Source: Actinomycetes bacterium
Lineage (GTDB): Bacteria > Planctomycetota > Phycisphaerae > JAACET01
Length of the DNA stretch: 64,000 nt
Direction of reading: 5' to 3'
NCBI GenBank assembly: GCA_030614915.1
Contig: JAUXAG010000011.1
Location: 26,516 to 90,515, forward strand
Below, one piece after another: positions 58,990 through 64,000 of the stretch. The notes beneath the pieces were generated by a model. That model ran no database searches and was not told the origin of the DNA. It saw nothing but the letters and a program-made list of their open reading frames with translations. A program made the translations under genes and the position numbers. The stretch's first letter is position 1, and each line of letters opens with the position of its first letter.

Positions 58990-59499
58990 ATGGCACTTGC
59001 AAAGAACAGATCGAGGAAAGCAAAATGGGTAATTGTTCCGGTCACTGTTCTGGTATTTGTTCTGTTTGTTTGGGTGTGTCTGGGTTTGGTGCATTATTGT
59101 GGCCATTGGGGCTTTCGCGAGTCCCAAGGCATGATTGGTATGACAAATGCAATTGGCGTCTATATTTGCACGCACGAAGGTGCCTTTCCCGGGTCTTTTC
59201 AGGATCTGGTGGACTCAGATATAGTCAGGCCCAAAGGCGAAGGCTGGTTCTATACGTGGCGAGGCGCAATGGGAAATTTGCCTGAAGCACATGGGCACTG
59301 GCTCTCTGATGGACCGCGATTTCGGCCTGAAAATATGATTGTGGCGTGGGGATACGAATACCGTGAAGCGGATACCATGCCGCTTATGATCCATAAGAAA
59401 ATTCGTGTCACAGGTGAGGGGATGGCGATGACTAGTACAAAAATGTTGCGTCGCTATATGAAGCAATATAAGAAAAATAAAAAGCTTCGGCCAGAATAG
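58990..59499 (+). CDS. Membrane-anchored hypothetical protein, copy 2
   Basis: Paralog of 58245-58751. Confidence 0.7.
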   Translation: MALAKNRSRKAKWVIVPVTVLVFVLFVWVCLGLVHYCGHWGFRESQGMIGMTNAIGVYICTHEGAFPGSFQDLVDSDIVRPKGEGWFYTWRGAMGNLPEAHGHWLSDGPRFRPENMIVAWGYEYREADTMPLMIHKKIRVTGEGMAMTSTKMLRRYMKQYKKNKKLRPE

Positions 59500-59640
59500 A
59501 CCATTACTTGCTGTGCTGGTGCACAGCGGCGAGCGAACCTGCACTCTACATGTTCGAAATGCAGGCAAGGCTTAGTGGTTCATGACACTAGATTCTTGAA
59601 TAGACGGAACTCTGCCTAACGCACTGACATAGAGAGGATT

Positions 59641-60216
59641 ATGCCGATAGAAGTCACAAATTTCAAAAGTCATGAACCACTAATCAGGGATGATAATATG
59701 AGCGAACAAGGTCGTCCTATGCGCGTAACCCTTATCGGCCTGGCCTGGGTCATTCTTGGCGGGGTCATGTGTTTTACCGCACTCCGAGCTCTCCTTCTCT
59801 CCGCTTTGACTCAATCACAGGCACGGACTTATTGGGGAATATCAGAAGTCTTCGAGTTCGTCCCCGCGTTCCTTCCGTTTCGGCTGGCCAGTGGTTTTGG
59901 TTTCTCCCCTGTGCTCCTTCCGATTCAGCTGGGCATTGGTATCCTTGGCGTAAACTCCGGTGCCAATTTTCTGAAACTCAAGAAACGGGCCCGCAACGTT
60001 CTGGAAGTCTTGACGTGGCTACTTCTCATTTTCGTCGTCGCTCATAGTATCTTTTGGACCTCTAGCTACTTGTCCGATATTCCGCGATACGAATCTCCGG
60101 TATTCGCTGTCATGGGCATAGTTATGGGTCTATTGGGCATTGTAATCTATGGAGTCCCCCTTGGAATCATGGTTATGTACCTAAGGGGGAATAAAGTCCG
60201 GGACGCAATGCAATGA
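59641..60216 (+). CDS. Hypothetical four-TM membrane protein
   Basis: RP..VT.IG motif, four hydrophobic segments, YLR..KVR end; start may be 59698. Confidence 0.7.
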   Translation: MPIEVTNFKSHEPLIRDDNMSEQGRPMRVTLIGLAWVILGGVMCFTALRALLLSALTQSQARTYWGISEVFEFVPAFLPFRLASGFGFSPVLLPIQLGIGILGVNSGANFLKLKKRARNVLEVLTWLLLIFVVAHSIFWTSSYLSDIPRYESPVFAVMGIVMGLLGIVIYGVPLGIMVMYLRGNKVRDAMQ

Positions 60217-60427
60217 TCGGCTATGCTGGATTAACGGGCGGACAAGCCTCTTGAGAGTAAGGGTTTTAGAGAATTAGGTTCATAAATATATTCTTGCGGA
60301 AGAAGAAACAATGTCTTTTTCTCCCGCCAAAAAAACAGCCCTCCCCCACTGTCTCAGGCCCCCTGGCAGGCGAAGGTGGCGGGGCATAGAATCTAGCCCT
60401 ACAGACACCATCTAGCTTTTGTGAGTT

Positions 60428-61156
60428 TTAGCTGGTTTTTTCTTGGGCGTTTTCTTCGGCAGTGTCGCAGGGACCGTCATCCTCAGCCGCGAGAATCTCT
60501 TCAGTCGGCTCGTCCTCTTTGGGCGCACTTTCTGTTTGTGGACGAAGCTCCGCGACCTTGGGCAAATCCAGCAGGCTGTTGAGCCCAAAAACCTCCAGGA
60601 ATTTTCGCGTCGTGCTGTAGAGCAACGGTCTGCCAAGCTCCTGGGCTCGGCCGACGATCTTGACCAACCCTTTTTCCATCAGGTTGCGCATCATGTCGCC
60701 CGCGGCCACTCCGCGGATGGCCTCCACCGTTACCCGCATGACCGGCTGCTTGTAAGCCACGATGGCCAGCGTCTCCAGCGCAGCCTGTGAGAGCTTGCTT
60801 TCCTGCCGGGTTCGTAGCAGCTGTTTGAGCCAATCGTTGTATTCCGGCAGAGTTAGCATTACATACCCCCCGGCGATTTGCTCGATGTGATAAGCCGAGC
60901 CTCGCTTACTGTACTCGCTGTTGAGTTCCTCGATCAGCTTGCGGACTTGCTTCGCATTACCCGCACCGGCTACCTTGGCGATCTTGGAAGCCTCCAACGG
61001 CTCATCGCTGGCAAAGAGGATCGCTTCAACCACCGATCGCAGCGTTATTTCCTGCTGCAGATCGTCGGCCACCAATTCGACCTCAGCCCGTTCAAGACCT
61101 GCTTCGGTTATGCCTTCTGTGCTCTGGTCCTGCTGTGTATCCTGTTCCTGACTCAT
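60428..61156 (-). CDS. scpB: SMC-Scp complex subunit ScpB
   Basis: VEAILFAS, LSQAALETLAIVAYKQP, IRGV, GRPLLY.TT..FL..FGL.SL.DLP. Confidence 0.95.
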   Translation of the reverse strand: MSQEQDTQQDQSTEGITEAGLERAEVELVADDLQQEITLRSVVEAILFASDEPLEASKIAKVAGAGNAKQVRKLIEELNSEYSKRGSAYHIEQIAGGYVMLTLPEYNDWLKQLLRTRQESKLSQAALETLAIVAYKQPVMRVTVEAIRGVAAGDMMRNLMEKGLVKIVGRAQELGRPLLYSTTRKFLEVFGLNSLLDLPKVAELRPQTESAPKEDEPTEEILAAEDDGPCDTAEENAQEKTS

Positions 61157-61204
61157 ACCGTCTAGCTTACCCTTTCAGAGCTCTTTCGTCCACCACAAAT
61201 TCCA

Positions 61205-61285
61205 TTTTTGAATTTCCACAGGATGCTACGCATTGATTTGTCATTTCCGAAGGACGCTTCGCGTTGATTTTTGCATTTTGCTCTT
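61205..61285. repeat. T-rich STR carrying two solo 18-nt hairpin inserts
   Basis: aattt[ccacaggatgctacgcat]tgatttgtcattt[ccgaaggacgcttcgcgt]tgatttttgcattttg. Confidence 0.75.
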
Positions 61286-62560
61286 TTATTTACCTCGTGA
61301 TTTGGCCCGGGTGAGCCAATCAATCAAGGGCGTAAGAGTGTTCATCACCAGCAGGGCACTGTAGGCTCCCAGCGGAGCCATCGCCCAACCGCCGTATATC
61401 CGAGCCACGATGGTCAGTACACCGGCGCCCACGCCGAAGATAATCTGCCCGCCCAGTCGTATCGGCCGAGTCGCCATATCGCCTGCCAGGAAGAAGGCCG
61501 CCAGCATCAGTCCACCGCTGCACAGATGGAAGCTCACGTAACTCAGTCCCACAGCCAGCAGACGCCACCAATCGTCAAACCCGTTGGCCGCCCCGGCCCG
61601 GCTCATCCCCGACAACGCCGGAAGCCACACCAATTCACCGCTCGGGCCCACCGGCAAAGGCAGCACTGCTGCACTGACCGCCGCCGCTGCCAGGAAGCTC
61701 ACCGGCAATTGCCAGCGGACGTAGCCCCGGTAGATCAGAAAGAGCCCGCCCAGCAAGATAGCCACCACCGACGTCTCACCTAGGCCCCCTCCGGTGCAGC
61801 CGACCACGGCGTCGGCCAATGGCGGCAGGGCCAAATATACAACCTGTTCCACTGCCGATGGACCCGTCCCCGACGCGGAGTTTCTAATCTGTCCCTTGCC
61901 TAATTCCTGCAGTATCTGCACCGGGCGATACAACTGCCAGGCCTGGGCAGGCTCTACCGGAACTGAAACGCACCAGCCGCTGTAGTCGTTTGGCTGGAGT
62001 AGCTTACTGCGATCTTGGCCGAACTGATAAAATCGAGGCTCTTGATTCCTGGATAGATCTCCTACCAACAGAGCGTTATTGCTCAGCAGCAGATACTTTT
62101 CCCGGCGATCACCGCCCAGGTATTTATCTTTCCCAACCATCCCCACCTCAGCTTGAAACAGAAAATGCACCGCCAATATACCCACCAGTGCCGGATGCCA
62201 GATATAGTGCCCCATGCCTCCGAATATCCACTTGCCCAGCAGGCTGGCTATTATTGCTCCGAGCACCGCGATCCGCAGCATTAGCCCCATCTCGCTCATC
62301 ACCGGCAGGCTCAGCCCCAGCAGCAGCCCGGTCAACACCGCATGAGGCAGCGAGGCCGGATTGCGCGAACCGGCCAATCGACTCAGGGCCAAGTCTATAG
62401 CCACACAGGTTCCCACCGACCCAGCCAATACCATCAGGCTCGACCAGCCGAAAAACGCCGCACTCACTACCACCACCAGCCACAGGGTCCCCACCTGCGT
62501 CCAGACAATCCTCCGCCCGCTCTCGCCGCTGTAAAGATGCGGCCCGGATTTGATTTTCAT
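61286..62560 (-). CDS. rnfD: RnfD/NqrB-family membrane subunit, divergent
   Basis: GPH, AVLTGLLLGLSLP, KWIFGGMG...HPAL, GGLGETS, L.SGGLMLAAFFLAGD, LVMNTLTPLID. Confidence 0.8.
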   Translation of the reverse strand: MKIKSGPHLYSGESGRRIVWTQVGTLWLVVVVSAAFFGWSSLMVLAGSVGTCVAIDLALSRLAGSRNPASLPHAVLTGLLLGLSLPVMSEMGLMLRIAVLGAIIASLLGKWIFGGMGHYIWHPALVGILAVHFLFQAEVGMVGKDKYLGGDRREKYLLLSNNALLVGDLSRNQEPRFYQFGQDRSKLLQPNDYSGWCVSVPVEPAQAWQLYRPVQILQELGKGQIRNSASGTGPSAVEQVVYLALPPLADAVVGCTGGGLGETSVVAILLGGLFLIYRGYVRWQLPVSFLAAAAVSAAVLPLPVGPSGELVWLPALSGMSRAGAANGFDDWWRLLAVGLSYVSFHLCSGGLMLAAFFLAGDMATRPIRLGGQIIFGVGAGVLTIVARIYGGWAMAPLGAYSALLVMNTLTPLIDWLTRAKSRGK

Positions 62561-62593
62561 TCTATTTCGCAATAACTTTCCGCCTCAAATATC

Positions 62594-62616
62594 AGGCTTA
62601 AGGCCTGAGGCTTGAG
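62594..62616. repeat. Heptamer array (aggctta-aggcctg-aggcttg), inverted relative to 63018-63069
   Basis: Directly visible, 3 nt from the stop codon of the four-helix-bundle gene. Confidence 0.85.
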
Positions 62617-62619
62617 AAA

Positions 62620-62985
62620 TCAAGAAGCCAGCCCCGTATGTAGCGATTTTACAAGACCCGCCAGAACACGCGCAGTTTGCTCGTAAAGATTCTTGAGGTC
62701 CGAGTTCTTTTGCTGCGGGAGGTAGCTGAGCCGACCAGACAACTCGATGTAGTAGCCAAGCTCGCGCAGGGAACCAAAAGAAATGCTCAAGAAGTTGCGG
62801 TATTCTTTCAAGGTTTGCCGGGCACAACCTTCAACGATGTTGGCTGCCACGGAGACCGCCGCCCGTCGCATTTGAGAAGTCAAGCCGAATATTTCTTCGT
62901 TTGGAAAAGCTCGAGTGGCTTTATAAACCGCAAAGACCAGATCATTAGCCAGTTCAAAGGCCTTTAACTTCCTATGGTCTCTCAT
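62620..62985 (-). CDS. Four-helix-bundle protein (23S rRNA IVP / Avd-like family)
   Basis: L.AF..A......VY..T..FP.EE.FGLTSQMRRAAVSV.ANIVEG..R.....Y..FL.IS.GSL.EL. Confidence 0.92.
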   Translation of the reverse strand: MRDHRKLKAFELANDLVFAVYKATRAFPNEEIFGLTSQMRRAAVSVAANIVEGCARQTLKEYRNFLSISFGSLRELGYYIELSGRLSYLPQQKNSDLKNLYEQTARVLAGLVKSLHTGLAS

Positions 62986-63017
62986 AAAGGGTAATGCTAA
63001 GCGAATCCACAGGCAAA

Positions 63018-63069
63018 CTCAAGCCTTAGGCCTTTCTGCCCCACGCCTCAAGCCTCAAGCCTCAAGCCT
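63018..63069. repeat. Heptamer array (caagcct)n
   Basis: ctcaagccttaggcct...cctcaagcctcaagcctcaagcct; contains the rnfC stop codon. Confidence 0.85.
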
Positions 63070-64000
63070 TTCTTCCTTCCTTCCTCAGGGACCACTTGCC
63101 CAGGCGTATCTTCTCCAGCAACGGCAAATGGCTCGGGCACACGTAGGAACACAGCCCACACTCGATGCAGTCTTCCAGGAAGGCCTTTTGGGCCTTGTCT
63201 ACTCGGCCCGCTTCGATTAGTTGGTAGAGCCTTGCCGGCTCGAGTTCTGCTGGGCAGTCGTCGCTGCACCACCCGCACCTGATACAGGCCACCGGGCGCT
63301 GTCTGTCGACCTTGCTGAGTATAGTCAATCCCGTAATGTTTTTGGTGATTACGCCCTGGGGTTTTTCTCTGCCCCAGCCTCTAAACGGTCCGCCCAGGAT
63401 ATACACAGACGCCTCCGGCAAAAGCCCCACATGCTCGGCGATATCCTGCACCCTGGTCCCGATTCGCACCCGATAGTTGCCTATTCGTTCAGTTCCGTCC
63501 CCGCTGACGGTGATGACCCGTTCGGTTAGTGGTTTTCCCTGGTACCAGGCCTGGCTCAGAGCCCAGACGGAACTGGCGTTTATGACCAGCACTCCCGCCT
63601 CGGCTGGATCGCTTCCGGCCCGCAGTCCGGCATTGGTCAAAGTGTTAGCCAAAAGTGCTTCTTCATCCTGCGGATATACATCCGCCAACGCTGCCAAGCG
63701 AAACCGTCCACCCTGCAGGGCCTTGCCCATCGCCCCCAAGGCCTGACGCCGACCGCCGCAAAGTGCTAGAATACCCCTGGGCCCGGCAGATTTTTCCCCC
63801 CCCCCGGCTAAAGCAAATACCTCTGCCAGAAGCTCACAGCCTTGGGCGATCTCACTGGAGCACTCGCTCATCAAGCGGCTTTCGCAGGTTATCAGAGGTT
63901 CGCTTTCTACACCGTTGATTATTACCCAGCGCAGTCCTGCCTTGGTGGCCTTGCGGACCTCTGCCACCAGCGAGCCGCCCCCCAACTGCATCTGGGTTAT
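63062..64000 (-). CDS. rnfC: RnfC-like subunit (5' end outside the window), divergent
   Basis: NGVESEP.IT, YPQ..E, ERVITVSG, SLBB VRIGT, CIRCGWCSDDCP and CIECGLCSYVCPS. Confidence 0.85.
   Translation of the reverse strand: MTQMQLGGGSLVAEVRKATKAGLRWVIINGVESEPLITCESRLMSECSSEIAQGCELLAEVFALAGGGEKSAGPRGILALCGGRRQALGAMGKALQGGRFRLAALADVYPQDEEALLANTLTNAGLRAGSDPAEAGVLVINASSVWALSQAWYQGKPLTERVITVSGDGTERIGNYRVRIGTRVQDIAEHVGLLPEASVYILGGPFRGWGREKPQGVITKNITGLTILSKVDRQRPVACIRCGWCSDDCPAELEPARLYQLIEAGRVDKAQKAFLEDCIECGLCSYVCPSHLPLLEKIRLGKWSLRKEGRKA

Larger units (their letters stand above)
58230..59569 (+). repeat. Direct duplication of ~590 bp (58230-58821 and 58975-59569)
   Basis: Long identical stretches, including ~70 bp beyond the stop codons. 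Confidence 0.95.

Noticed and set aside
58245-59499. DGR template/variable repeat pair
   Set aside because: The differences between the copies are not adenine-specific (G/T, C/T changes and a codon indel), both copies are coding, and there is no RT
58752-59640. Integron attC sites between the small genes
   Set aside because: A cctgca..tgcagg hairpin and a lone gcctaac are present, but there are no paired RYYYAAC/GTTRRRY boxes and no integrase
62620-62985. Avd of a complete DGR
   Set aside because: No adjacent RT or template repeat; the protein matches the stand-alone four-helix-bundle family

Overview
A GC-rich bacterial chromosomal segment, most likely from a planctomycete (Phycisphaerae-like). 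That assignment is inferred from the MPI/MAIxxxC..C-x-AGK/R-x-KCPxC zinc-ribbon N-termini, a PEP-CTERM protein and a double-domain NDK. Most of the window is housekeeping genes: ndk, valS, cimA, lolC/E-lolD, pfp (frameshifted), accC/accB, an Xaa-Pro peptidase, argB/argD, rph, rdgB, murA, prmC, ileS, purN, scpB and atypical rnfC/rnfD. It also holds signalling genes (an FHA-GAF kinase and an HK + REC-GGDEF + REC-HD-GYP c-di-GMP operon) and several accessory inserts. No rRNA, tRNA, CRISPR array, transposase or reverse transcriptase is visible. The most unusual signals are: (1) a set of tiny 18-40 nt hairpin units that insert precisely into one another and into REP-like palindromes and short tandem repeats (STRs), with empty and filled sites both present; (2) a four-helix-bundle (IVP/Avd-like) gene inside the rnfC-rnfD junction, bracketed by inverted heptamer arrays; (3) a 7-blade PEP-CTERM beta-propeller whose blades vary mainly at codon positions 1-2 at a few sites; (4) a duplicated pilin-like or immunity-like cassette with hypervariable patches; (5) degenerate RnfC/RnfD; (6) an IleRS2 with GVHH/EMHKS signature motifs; (7) an unlisted 37-aa membrane protein with its own promoter and RBS; (8) a 1-nt frameshift in pfp.
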